From assembly GCF_006345805.1 (NCBI RefSeq), contig NC_042998.1, positions 26,660,001 through 26,724,000 on the forward strand: a stretch of DNA of 64,000 nt. The letters run 5' to 3'. Each line of letters starts with the position of its first letter. The first letter of the stretch is position 1. Below are positions 49,569 through 60,962 of this stretch, piece by piece. The stretch comes from Octopus sinensis (taxonomy: Eukaryota). A program made the translations under genes and the position numbers. The notes beneath the pieces were generated by a model. The model made no database searches. It was not told where the DNA came from and saw only the letters and a program-made list of their open reading frames with translations.

Positions 49569-50171
49569 TATTATATCTCAACGAAAAGCAATGCAGTTAA
49601 TTAAAATATGCACCTAAATTATCAATACAATTTTTACCATTCTATCAGTAGCTTATTTATGAAGGCAGTGAAGAATTCTGGAGAGCAAGAGGTGACGAAA
49701 TCATGAAAGACTGTTTTTGCATCTTCTTCAGATTTGAAATTTTTTCCTAGCAAGAATTTGTCTAATGCCTGGAAAACGTGATAGTCAGTTGCTACATGGT
49801 CTGGTGAATATGGAAGATGACAGAGTACTCCCAAGTTCAGTTCCTGTAACTTGAGTAGTGTTCTTTGTGCAACATGTGGTTGAGCATTGTCTTACAAGAG
49901 AATTGGCCTGTCTCTATTGATCAATCTCAGTTGTTTGATTGCAAGTTTACTCATCACTTCATCCAATTTGCTGATGTACACATCCATTGGAATTGCTTTA
50001 CCAGGTCTCATAAAGCTGTAGTTGATGACCCCAGTGCTGGACCACCAAACTGACACCATTAGCTTTTTTTGGTGAATATTCTTGCTAGGACTGTGTTCTG
50101 GCACTTCATCTCTATCCAGCCAATGTGCAGAATGCTTGCCATCATTGAAAAGAATCCATTTTTCATCACAT

Positions 50172-50333
50172 GATGCAGGAGTGGCTGTGTGGTAAGTAGC
50201 TTGCTAACCAACCACATGGTTCCGGGTTCAGTCCCACTGCGTGGCATCTTGGGCAAGTGTCTTCTACTATAGCCTCGGGCCGGCCAAAACCTTGTGAGTG
50301 GATTTGGTAGATGGAAACTGAAAGAAGCCTGTC

Positions 50334-50373
<40 letters not shown>

Positions 50374-50580
50374 TTGTGTGTGTGTGTTTGTCCCCCTAGC
50401 ATTGCTTGACAACCGACGCTGGTGTGTTTACGTCCCCGTCACTTAGCGGTTCGGCAAAAAAAAAGAGACCAATAGAATAAGTACTGGGCTTACAAAGAAT
50501 AAGTCCCGGGGTCGATTTGCTCGACTAAAGGCGGTGCTCCAGCATGGCCGCAGTCAAATGACTGAAACAAGTAAAAGAAA
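50172..50580 (+). mobile_element. SINE family A, full length, inside the mariner transposase
   Basis: Complete head, microsatellite and tail; interrupts the ORF just before CDEKW. Confidence 0.93.
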
Positions 50581-51269
50581 AAATGGTTCGCTTTTATGCC
50601 ATAACAGCAAAGAACAGCAAATTTCAAGATGACATGTCATTTAATGCTTGTTCAGTTCATGTGGTACCCACTTGTCCAACTTCTTTATCTTGCCGATTTG
50701 TTTCAGATGGTCCAATACAGTTGGAATCAAAACATCAAACCTTGCTGGTAACTCACGTGTAGTTTGAGATGTATCTGTTTCCACTGCAGTTTCCTGCTCA
50801 TCTTCATCCACCTTGGTCTCAGGTCTACCACGGGGCTGATTTTCAAGAGTAAAGTCACCAGACCGGAACTTCTGAAGCCATCGACATACAGTGCACTCAT
50901 TCGCCACATCTTCCCCAAACACTTCATTGATGTTTCGAGCTGTCTGGAATACATTGGTTCCATGACGGAACACATATTCATAAACAACACAAATTTTTTA
51001 TCCATCCAAGGGTTCACAAAAACTGATTTACAAGGGAAAACTCACAATATAATCAGAAACCATGAATTGCATTTCAGAAAATGATAATGTAACTCTTCAA
51101 TGTTGTAAAACAAGGAATTCTCAGGATAAAAATATCAGAGTTAATGACTGTCAAACTTGGTGCTTAAGAAAATTGGACGTTTCATTCTTAATGACCTGAT
51201 AGCATAAATTTGGTTGAATATACCTCATCAGCATATTGGAGTATCATTAAAGGCTGTGTCTGAATGATG

Positions 51270-51830
51270 TCTTTTACTTGTTTCGGTCATTAGACTGAGG
51301 CCATGCTGGGGCACCACCTTGAAAAAATGTTTAGTCAAATGAATTAACCTCACTACTTCTTTTCATTTTTCTTTTTAGAGTTTGGTACTTATTCTATTGG
51401 TCCTTTTTGCTGAACCACTAAGTTACAAGGACATAAACACATCAACACCGGTTGTCAAGTGGTGAGAGGGGAAAACACACACACGCATACATATACAAAT
51501 ATACATGTACATGTGCACATACACACATACATATATATGCAAACACAATGCATACATATATATACACACATACATGCACACACACATGCATACATATATA
51601 TGCACACACACACATGCATACACATGTACACACACATGCATACATATACATTGCACATGCTCACATATACATGCACACACATGCATATGCACACACACAC
51701 ACTCACACATAGTAAGGGCTTCTTTCAGTTTCTGTCTATCAAATCCACTCACAATGCTTCGGATGGCCCAAGGCTATAGTAGAACCCAGAACTGCATTGT
51801 TAAGAAGCAAACTTCTTACCACACAGCCAT
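51270..51830 (-). mobile_element. Degenerate SINE family A with an expanded internal CA/TA tract
   Basis: Tail at 51270-51480, microsatellite at 51480-51710, head at 51715-51830. Confidence 0.75.
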
Positions 51831-51943
51831 TCATCAACGATATGGACATGTTTATTTTGATATTTAATTTATCACAGCAGGTACACAGTCATGTCTGTCA
51901 ATAAAGACACATAGACAGAGACATCCTTTTGTATATTGTGATA

Positions 51944-52110
51944 CAGGAGTGGCTGTGTGGTAAGTAGCTTGCTTACCAACCACATGGTTCCGGGTTCAGT
52001 CCCACTGCGTGGCATCTTGGGCAAGTGTCTTCTGCTATAGCCTCGGGCCGACCAATGCCTTGTGAGTGGATTTGGTAGATGGAAACTGAAAGAAGCCTGT
52101 CGGATATATG
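51944..52110 (+). mobile_element. SINE family A, head half
   Basis: CAGGAGTGGCTGTGTGGTAAG...GAAACTGAAAGAAGCCTGTCG. Confidence 0.9.
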
Positions 52111-52482
52111 TATATATATATATGTATGTGTGTGTATAGAAAATCTGCCTCAGATAAACCCCATCCAACCAATCGATGCAAGCATGGAAAAAGAGGACAT
52201 TAAATGATGATGATGTTTTGTGTGTGTCTATCTATCTATCTATCTGTTAAGTGGTTGGCATTAGGAAGGGTATCAAGCCATAAGAAGGGTCTCATGCCAC
52301 AACAGACAGTTGGAGTCTGGATAGCTCCCTGCTAGTCAGCACCATTTCAAACCTATATATGTATATACCTTGGTTTATAAATATTCAAATTAAAATTCAC
52401 AAAAAAATAATATGCAACGAACCAGTTATCCATTGGATATTTTTATCCCTTAATGAAGCTATTTTAACCTCCCTCTCTCTCT

Positions 52483-52524
<42 letters not shown>

Positions 52525-52544
52525 ATATATATATATATATATAT

Positions 52545-52730
52545 GGCACCCATTACATTCTTGGAGTGGTTGGCATTATTAGGAAGACCATCCGCCATAG
52601 AAACCATGCCAAATCAGACTGGAGTCTGGTGCAGCCCCTCAGCTTACCAGCCCGGGTTAAACCATCCAACCCATGCCAGCATGGACGACAGACGTTAAAT
52701 GATGATGATGACATTGTTGGTGATGATGAT
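52545..52730 (+). mobile_element. RTE LINE 3' end
   Basis: GGAGTGGTTGGCATTA...CCATCCAACCCATGCCAGCATGGAC.ACAGACGTTAAATGATGATGATG. Confidence 0.85.
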
Positions 52731-52741
52731 TGTATATATAT

Positions 52742-52796
<55 letters not shown>

Positions 52797-52797
52797 A

Positions 52798-52990
52798 AGT
52801 TAATCCAAACAAGAAAGCACAAAAAAACACAACGCGAGGACGTGGAACAAATATAGTATTATTGGACGCTCAGGAAAGAAGGAGGGTTTAACGTTTCGAG
52901 TGGAGCTCTTCGTCGAAACATAGAGAAGGAAAGATCCAGAGAAGGGAAGACAGAGGAAAAAAATCGCCAACGGTACACACGCAGTCACAT
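52798..52990 (-). mobile_element. Second copy of the hammerhead family 2 unit, with a 1-nt deletion in the catalytic core
   Basis: Near-identical to 32504-32703. The motif at 52886-52919 reads GUUU-CGACGA instead of GUUU-CUGACGA. Confidence 0.8.
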
Positions 52991-53036
52991 ATATATATAT
53001 GTATGTATGTATGTATATGTATATATATATATATAT

Positions 53037-53083
<47 letters not shown>

Positions 53084-55384
53084 TATATACACTAGTAAAG
53101 TGCACAAAAATATATAACTGTAAACACAACAAAGTGGTATTTATTTAACACTTGATGTATGTGTGTGTATATATAGCAATTGTTTTATGCTGTCAGTTCC
53201 TTGAGGTATTATTGCTACAGAAAATAATTTTGAGTTACATAAGATCTGTGTCTGTGATAATTATTGATATATGTTCAATTCAATACTGCATCATTAATTA
53301 CTGTAGATGTGTTTATTTGCAGTATTGCTTGCTGTGGGGATTAACAGCTGTTGGTGTAAAGCAACAACTTTCTTTTCATGTCTTCCCCACTAACTGTCAT
53401 GTGAGAAGGTTGAAAATGTTTTAATTTTTAGAAAATATTTCACATGTTCTTCTCACTCAAAGTAAGGTTGCCAAAACAAAAATACCTTCACTCAAGCAAA
53501 TTTGTTTACAATTTTTTTCTTTTTGCTTTGACAGGAAGAGGTATTTCGTTCCCATGCATTTCCTTACTTCTATAATCAAATACAAAAATATCTTTTGTTA
53601 TTATGAAGATAATAGCATAAAGTCTACATATTTCCCATGGTTTATTTACTAATTTATAATTATAAAAATAATAGACAGCCTGTCTTCCAATAAAAGTAAA
53701 GGCACTCTACTTTATCTTTGTAGATTTTCATAGCAAATATTAGCATTAATTTATATCATTGTGCACATTTGAAGTAAACACTTTAGTTTTATTTGTACTT
53801 ATATAGTAATGAAGAAAGATAGTTTAAGATATTTTATTTATTTACACAACTCAGCATGTGTGTGTGTGTATTTGTGTCTGTGAAGAGTATTCAAATATTT
53901 GCTTTTGTTTACGAACGCTAATAATCCTTTGTAATTTATAGTTTGGTATTCTTCCTTAGCTGGAAAGGAATTCACATCAGCAGGCTAAATCACTGGTTGT
54001 CAAACAAAAAGAGAAAAAAAAAAATGAAATTTTAAAATTCTAATAATGAGAAATATGATTTGAGAAATTTCAAAATTTTCCAATAAAATCCAGTTTCATT
54101 TATTTTACTTTCATTCAGTCATGCTTGTATTTGTACAGATAAATCAGTAGAAACTGGATGCCAGAATTGGAAATAGATGCTAATTAGACACTACGAAATA
54201 AAGTAAACAATAATTGGAAAATAGTTTGTGCGAAATATTTTCCCTTGTGGAGAGAATAGTTACTTTCTGACAAACAAAATTAAAATTACCAGTTTTTCTA
54301 TAGTTTGTGGAAATTTTCCAGAAAGCAAAAGATTTAGACATTTTTTTTTTTTTTATCTCTGTGAATTAATTCATATTTTGAGTACTATGAATGAGAAGAA
54401 ATAACTGGTTCACAATTCTAAAGATTTTCAGAAATGATTTGGAATTTGAACAATTATAAGGAAAATATTAAAGGTAAAAGAAAAAAGAAATTGAGAATAG
54501 TAAAGATTAAAAATACTTCTCCACTACACATTTATAACTAAATTGAAACAACCAATGAAATTAGCCAAGGTTTTTTTAACGACTTCAAATATCAGTCTAC
54601 TTTAAGTGATATGCTTTAAATATCATATTCCTTTAGAAGGATTCTACGAAGTAAAAATATTAGCAACAAAAGGTATTTATATTTTACAGTATTTAGGATC
54701 TGTCCCCTTACAATTTTGAAGTTATGTTGTGACTGATTCTTCTTTTCATCCTGTTTTCAATAAAGTAAATACCTGTCTGAAGGTAGTTAATTTGTCTTGA
54801 CTCATCCCCCAAACATTGGAACCTTTTGCTAAAATTATCTCCCACCGTGTGGCACCTTGCGCAAGTGTTTTCTACCATAGCCTTTCATCCTTTCAGAGTC
54901 AATAAAATAAGTACCAGTTAAGGACTGGGGTTGATGCAATCAACTTCCCACCCACCCCCAAAATTGCTGGCCTTGTGCCAAAATTCGAAACTGTTATTAT
55001 CATTATTATTATTATTATCATCATTGTCATTATTATTATACAGATCTATGATAACCAACCACAGGTGTTTCACTCTTAGCCCCCACAGTCTAAGTTCATT
55101 CTTATTCAGAACTGCTACCCTCTGAGATAGATCAGAGAACTGTATTTTTCTCATATTTTACATTTTTGGATCATCTTCTATGGACGAATGCCCTTCCTGT
55201 CACCAACCACTTTACAGAGAATACTGGGCCTCTGTTGTTATGGCATCAGCACTCGTAATGATGCCTTCAAACCATCCATGACTGAAGAATTATCACTGCT
55301 CAAAGATGTATTTGTTCATTCAAGTGTAAACCAAAAAAAGATGAAGATTACAGAGACTGGTTTTGTTTGTTCCTTCTCGAGCTA

Positions 55385-55650
55385 CGCCTGGCTCATAAGG
55401 GCTGGTTTCCTGGTTTCCTTGGCATATAGGTTCCCCACCTGGACGGGACGCCGGTTTGTTGCAGGTGAATTGCAAGATGCAGGAGGAAAGAGTGAGAAAA
55501 AGTTGTGGTGAAAGAGTCAGCAGAAGCTTGCCAATACCTTCTACCAGAGTCACGTGGAGCTTAGGTGTTTCACTCATAAATACACACATCACCCGGTCTG
55601 AGATTTGAACCTGCGGTCCCTCAACCATGAGTCCGCTACTCTAACCACTA
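55385..55650 (-). mobile_element. tRNA-derived SINE family E
   Basis: Minus strand TAGTGGTTAGAGTAGCGGACTCATGG...GGTTCAAATCTCAGACCG...GAGTGAAACACCTAAGCTCCACG, shared with 35393-35770. Confidence 0.8.
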
Positions 55651-55695
55651 GGTCATATTCAGAGACTGGTGAGAGAAGAATAGATAGAATGGTTG

Positions 55696-55988
55696 CAGTG
55701 GAAGACTGTCCAGGTTGCCAGCTTGCCCGATGGCAAGTGGGCCCCTGTGCCATTAGAATCCATATATGGGGGCCCAGGTTAGTATCTAAGGAGCCCATCC
55801 CCTAAAGTTTGATAATTTTTTATTCACTCCTGGAAGAATGCATTAATTATTTCAGCCTGGCTGTGTTTGTAGACAGTTGAAAAGAATACTTTTAACAAAA
55901 AAAAAAAAAATTAAATGATAGCATTGTAGCTGCAGGTGGACCCCTTAGTCTCCTGGCAACCAATATTTTTAGACCCAGTCCGCCACTG
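55696..55988. mobile_element. hAT-type MITE with a perfect 8-bp TSD
   Basis: AATGGTTG-[CAGTGGAAGACTG ... CAGTCCGCCACTG]-AATGGTTG (TSD at 55688-55695 and 55989-55996). Confidence 0.92.
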
Positions 55989-56159
55989 AATGGTTGGATG
56001 GAGATGACAAAAGTATGATGTTACAGAGTGGGAATGAGATGCATGTGTTTATATATGTACCTACACATATACATATATGCATGTGTGCCTCTGTGTGTTT
56101 ATATACACATCTACACACACATGGGCATGTGTGTGTGTGTACATGTGTATGTGTAGGTC

Positions 56160-57110
56160 TTAGATCATAATGAAAGAATTCAAGAGTGGCTCACCAGTGA
56201 CTTCTCTATGCTGACAAGTTAGTTCTCATGACTGAATCAATGAAAGAATTAAAGGGAAAGGTTCCAAATGTGGAAGCATAGCTGGAATCAAGATATCTGA
56301 ATGTAAACCTAGCAAAAAGAAAAAGAAAAAAAAAACCCTTCTCTACTGCCATCTGGAAAGTGACCTTGCTTTGCTTGACATGGCCAAAAGAAGTAGTTAA
56401 AAATTCTATACTATATACTGTATATTAACAATGGGTACATAAGAAATGCAGTGAGACCAGAAGCAGGCTGTTAGAGAAGGACTTCTTATATAGTAAAAAC
56501 AGAGGAGTAGTTAGCTGTGAAAGTAGTCATAAAACGGATTGTTTTCAAATGCCTGGAAGGCTTCACTAAAGTAGGAAACAATTTCTAATAACTGGATGAC
56601 CTAATCAGTTGTGGAAGTGGACATTGTGAAAGCGTCGTTGCCAGAGTAAGGATGGCTTGAGAAAATGGTTCAAGGAGCTATGGCAACAAAGGGATACTCA
56701 CATTGAGGGAAAGGCAGATTCTATGATTACTGAATACATAGTGCAATGGTATGCTTCATTGGATGCATGAAATATAGGGCAGCACAAATATGCTGAGAGG
56801 GGGGAAAAAAACTGCTTTTATGAGGAATTAATTGTAGAGCACAAAAGAGAAAATTTAGCTAGAACAGATATGCTGCATGTATGAAGGAGAAAAATTGGGT
56901 GAAGAAGCACCGAGCAATCCAAGTGGAAGCAGCAAGCAGAAGAAGAAAACCAATGAAGACAGAGAAAGAAGTGGTGATTTGAGGATGCTTCACAATGTGA
57001 AGAAAATGGACAGGGGACTGCAATAAATGGGGGAGATGCTGTGCTGAAGAAGATGCATCCAAGACATGTAGATGCAAAGTGGGAAATTAAACATTAAAAA
57101 AAATGAAGAT
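56160..57110 (+). pseudogene. Heavily degraded RTE reverse transcriptase and C-terminal region
   Basis: LLYADKLVLMTESMKEL... (YADD-like) near 56205, then remnants of the RTE C-terminus and an (ATG)-type tail near 57105. Confidence 0.7.
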
Positions 57111-57448
57111 GGACTTTGTGAACAGAAGTATAACAGATATTTCTTTTACTTCACTGAGAAAATAGGTCTTATGATTAACCCATAGAGATTTCAGTTTTCA
57201 GAAACGATTATTGGATCAACTTTCATTGAAGTGCTTATTTCCTCTTAGCAGCCAAGTGAATGTTGTAACACTAATTCATGAAAAGTCTAAATGTAATCAA
57301 GTTAAACATGATCTCATTTACAAAGTGCTACAAAACAGGACTGAGTGCATTAACTGAAAAACCAATACAGTGTTTCTAATATTGAGTGTGGAAACAATAA
57401 GTAGCCTGTGTTTCTTATATTACATAATCGTAATCATATTATTAATAT

Positions 57449-57701
57449 GTATGCAGCACCTCGCTTCTCTCTATCTCTGGTCTCAGGCCAGCAGTGTTTG
57501 GGGTCTGAAGATACGCTGTAAGGCTAAACCCTTTATGAGTGAGAAACCCAGGGTAACCCCATAAACTGGCCTACCCCACTATGATATATATATATATATA
57601 TAACTCCAAGAAAGTTAGATGTTGTGAATCCAACCAACTAAGGGATAATATCTATCCAATATACTGCTGGTAGAATACCCAATTATTAATACATAAGTGT
57701 A
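57449..57701 (+). repeat. Direct repeat copy 1 (hammerhead family 4 unit)
   Basis: ~250 bp, about 90% identical by eye to 59466-59711. Confidence 0.92.
57500..57560 (+). ncRNA. Type-I hammerhead ribozyme motif, family 4
   Basis: GGGGU-CUGAAGA-U[...GUAAGG..CUUUAU...]A-GAAA-CCC-A-GGG-UA-ACCCC: intact core, 5-bp stem I, GUA triplet. Confidence 0.72.
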
Positions 57702-58333
57702 TTATATTAATACATAAGATGATTATATTATATATAATATTATAATATCATACATATTATTATATGTAAGTGTATTATATTAATACATAAGATGATTCAG
57801 AAGTCTCTTTGGCAGTCATATAAATCAACTAACAAATGACCTCCACTTCCTTACTAGAGTTTTACCCATCAACATACTGTATTCAGTTAATCTCCTCCTA
57901 ACCCCAGTCCCCTTGCTGACTACCATGGTCCAGGGACTCCAGGGAAGCTGGTTTACTCTCCTGCTATTCACACTGCCACAAACCAGAGTACATCAGGCAG
58001 TTGAGTTAACTGTTCCTGGCCAATTGAACAGGGATACTATTATACGGGACTATTTTTATGAATGACTATTTTCTCATCTGTTGGTTATGATAGTCTCCTA
58101 ACATATATATAGATAGATATATATTATTTTATATAATATTATAAAGGTGGTTTTTTTCTAATTTTTATATATATATTATATTTTGTGAAATTTGATTTAG
58201 TATTTCTAAATTGAATTTTTCCCTCTAAGTTAGGAATAATATTCCCTCAAATTATTATTATTACTATATATATATATATATATATATATATCAAGATATT
58301 TACAACAAAATAGAACAGATAGTGTCATATATA

Positions 58334-58445
58334 TATCATCATCATCGTCGCTTAACATCTGCTTTCCATGTTGGCATGAGTTGGATGGTTTGATTGATGA
58401 CTGGCAAGCCAGGAGGCTGTACCAGGCTCCAATCTGATCTGGCAA
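58334..58445 (-). mobile_element. RTE LINE extreme 3' end
   Basis: (CAT)n...TTTCCATGTTGGCATGAGTTGGATGG...CCAGGCTCCAATCTGATCTGGCAA. Confidence 0.85.
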
Positions 58446-58609
58446 ATATATATATATCCGTAGCTAGTAATTGTCACATGCTGATAATGAGTTACTACCC
58501 AGAAATCCAGGTCCTAGAATGTTCTTCATAATAAAATTATTTCAGCATTTTCTACTTTGTCTTACTTTCCCTATACATATCAACTTGTGTGTTCCTTTTC
58601 AACCTTCTA

Positions 58610-59090
58610 CATCATCATCATCATCATCCTCATCGTTTAACATCCGTTCTCCATACTAGCATGGGTTGGACGGTTCGACCGGGGATCTGGGAAGCCAGAA
58701 GGCTGCATCAGGCTCCAGTCTGATCTGGCAGTGTTTCTACAGCTGGATGCCCTTCCTAACGCCAACCACTCCGTGAGTGTAGTGGGTGCTTTTTACATGC
58801 CACCTGCACAAGTGCCAGGGGAGACTGGCAGCAGCCACGATTGGATTGGTGCATTTTATGTGCCACCGGCACAGAAGCCAGTCGAGGCATCGCTGGCATC
58901 GGCCACGATTCGGATGGTGCTTTTTACATGCCCACGGAAGCCAGTCTAGGCGGCGCTGGCATCGACCACATTCAGATGGTGCTTTTTACGTGCCACCAGC
59001 ACAGGGATCACGGCTGCAGTTTCCATTGATTTTGATGTTGGTGTACTTGACTCAATGGATCTCCTCAAGCACAGGGTTGAAATGGTGTTT
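58610..59090 (-). mobile_element. RTE LINE 3' end with VNTR
   Basis: Same family as 43901-44420. Confidence 0.9.
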
Positions 59091-59389
59091 ATAAGTATAT
59101 ATATATATATATTATATATATATATCGTAAATATGAGGGTAATAAATTAAAATAATTTATTACCAGTGGTTAGCATGCATAAATAAGTCTTATGACATAC
59201 CATATTTTTTAAAATATAAAAGTGTATAGAGTCCTGTCAAAGGTCTCCTCTTTGCGTCTAGAAATATTCTAGACACTTTTATATTTAAAATATATATATA
59301 AGATTGTTTGTAGAAATACATAAATCCAGAGGAGAAGCACATTCTAAGATGTAGAACAGTAAATACTATAGGGGGATAGGTTGGTTTAT

Positions 59390-59450
59390 GGGGTTACCTT
59401 GGGTTTCTCATTCATAAGGGGTTTAGCCTTTTGGCAAATCTTCAGACCCC
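59390..59450 (-). ncRNA. Hammerhead family 4 motif in an inverted partial copy
   Basis: Minus strand GGGGU-CUGAAGA-...-GAAA-CC-CAA-GG-UA-ACCCC; stem II is weaker than in the + strand copies. Confidence 0.6.
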
Positions 59451-59465
59451 AAACACTGCTGGCCT

Positions 59466-59711
59466 GTATGCAGCACCTCCCTTCTCTTTATCTCTGGTCT
59501 CAGGCCAGCAGTGTTTGGGGTCTGAAGATACACTGTAAGGCTAAACCCCTTATGAACGAGAAACCCAGGGTAACCCCATAAACCGGCCTACCCCTCAATG
59601 ATATATATATATAACTCCAAGAATGTTAGAGGTTGTGAATCCAGCCAACTAAGGGATAATATCTATCCAATATACTGCTAGTAGAATACCCAATTATTAA
59701 TACATAAGTGT
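59466..59711 (+). repeat. Direct repeat copy 2 (hammerhead family 4 unit)
   Basis: Matches 57449-57701. Confidence 0.92.
59517..59577 (+). ncRNA. Type-I hammerhead ribozyme motif, family 4
   Basis: GGGGU-CUGAAGA-U[..GUAAGG/CCUUAU..]A-GAAA-CCC-A-GGG-UA-ACCCC. Confidence 0.72.
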
Positions 59712-60082
59712 TTTTATTGTGAGGCAATTACACTGAATGTAATCAATGGGTGAGGGTAAAAAGTTGTATATATATATATATATATGCATATACACATACA
59801 CAAAATTAATATAAGCAGCAGGTTGCAATGTTTCACCTTCACCAGAAAGGGAAATTATAATTGTCACTAAATGTGACTAGGGTGTTGGAAAACACCTACA
59901 TTGCTAGAAATAAGAGCTAAAATGCTCTAATGCTGTAGTAAATGCACATGAATGAAAAAATATACACTAACAGGGACCATAATTTAGAAGACCTTTTAGA
60001 ATTTAAACAATGTATTAAATTACTATTTCTTTGTTACACTAACATACATACATATATATGTATGTATATATATATATGTATG

Positions 60083-60126
<44 letters not shown>

Positions 60127-60167
60127 TACTATTTCTTTGTTACAACATATATATATATATATATATA

Positions 60168-60472
60168 TCATCATCATCATCATCGTTTAACGTCTGTTTT
60201 CCGCGCTAGCACGGGTTGGACGGTTCGACCGGGGTCTGGGGAGCCAGGGGCTGCCCCAGGCTCCAGTCTGGTCTGGCAGTGTTTCTACAGCTGGATGCCC
60301 TTCCTAACGCCAACCACTCGGCGAGTGTAGTGGGTGCTTTTTACGTGCCACCTGCACAGGTGCCAGAGGGGTCTAGCATCGGCCACGGTCGGTTGGTGCT
60401 TTTTATGTGCCACCTGCACAGAAGCCAGTCGGGGTGGTGCTGGCATCAGCCACGTTCGGATGGTGCTTTTTA
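60168..60472 (-). mobile_element. RTE LINE 3' end, CpG-rich and probably young
   Basis: (CAT)n-CGTTTAACGTC...GGACGGTTCGACCGGGG...GGATGCCCTTCCTAACGCCAACCACTCGG. Confidence 0.9.
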
Positions 60473-60898
60473 TGGGGGGGGAGGGTGCAGGAATATAGAG
60501 GAGCACCAGTGGGGAGGGGTGTTCGGAGAAACGATGACAGGTTCTAGACAAGTAGAACGTAGGATATCACAAGAGGGGTAATGCATGGTGAAATAGCATA
60601 TTGAAGAGGGGGGTTCGAAGAGTAGACACCTATAATGGTGGTGGGAGAAGCGACATCCGGTATAGATGGAGCAAAAATATAGAGATATCCGGTATTGGTG
60701 GTGGTGGTGGTGGTGGGCAAGGGCGGGCTCACCGCGAATACGCGAAGGTTGATAGAGGAGAGAGCGAGGACTTGGACGGGCAAAATTATCGTAGTAACAT
60801 GGAGAAATTATCACCACATAATAATAAAGGGATATTTAGGGGGGACGGGGGAGAAATGGAGAAATTATTGGCACAAAATGATGAGAGGAATTCGAGAC

Positions 60899-60925
60899 AA
60901 TAAACAGAGTGACGACTAGGGATCA

Positions 60926-60962
<37 letters not shown>

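Larger units (their letters stand above)
49378..51199 (-). mobile_element. Full-length inactive mariner (DD34D-type) transposon with two nested insertions
   Basis: TIRs TA-TCGGGTCATGAAGAATAAAATGTCCGATTTT and AAAATTGGACGTTTCATTCTTAATGACCTGA-TA. Transposase pieces: HTH region and WVPHEL (ORF 50641..50973), CDEKW, LL*DNAQPH, YSPDHVATDY (ORF 49634..49834). About 1.27 kb remains once the inserts are removed. Confidence 0.93.

Noticed and set aside
58480-58520. CTGATAATGAG...GAAA hammerhead-like motif
   Set aside because: The core spacing is wrong and there is no stem I or stem II complementarity.
60601-60903. 100-aa Gly-rich ORF
   Set aside because: No recognisable domain; it lies in the compositionally anomalous block that may be an artefact.
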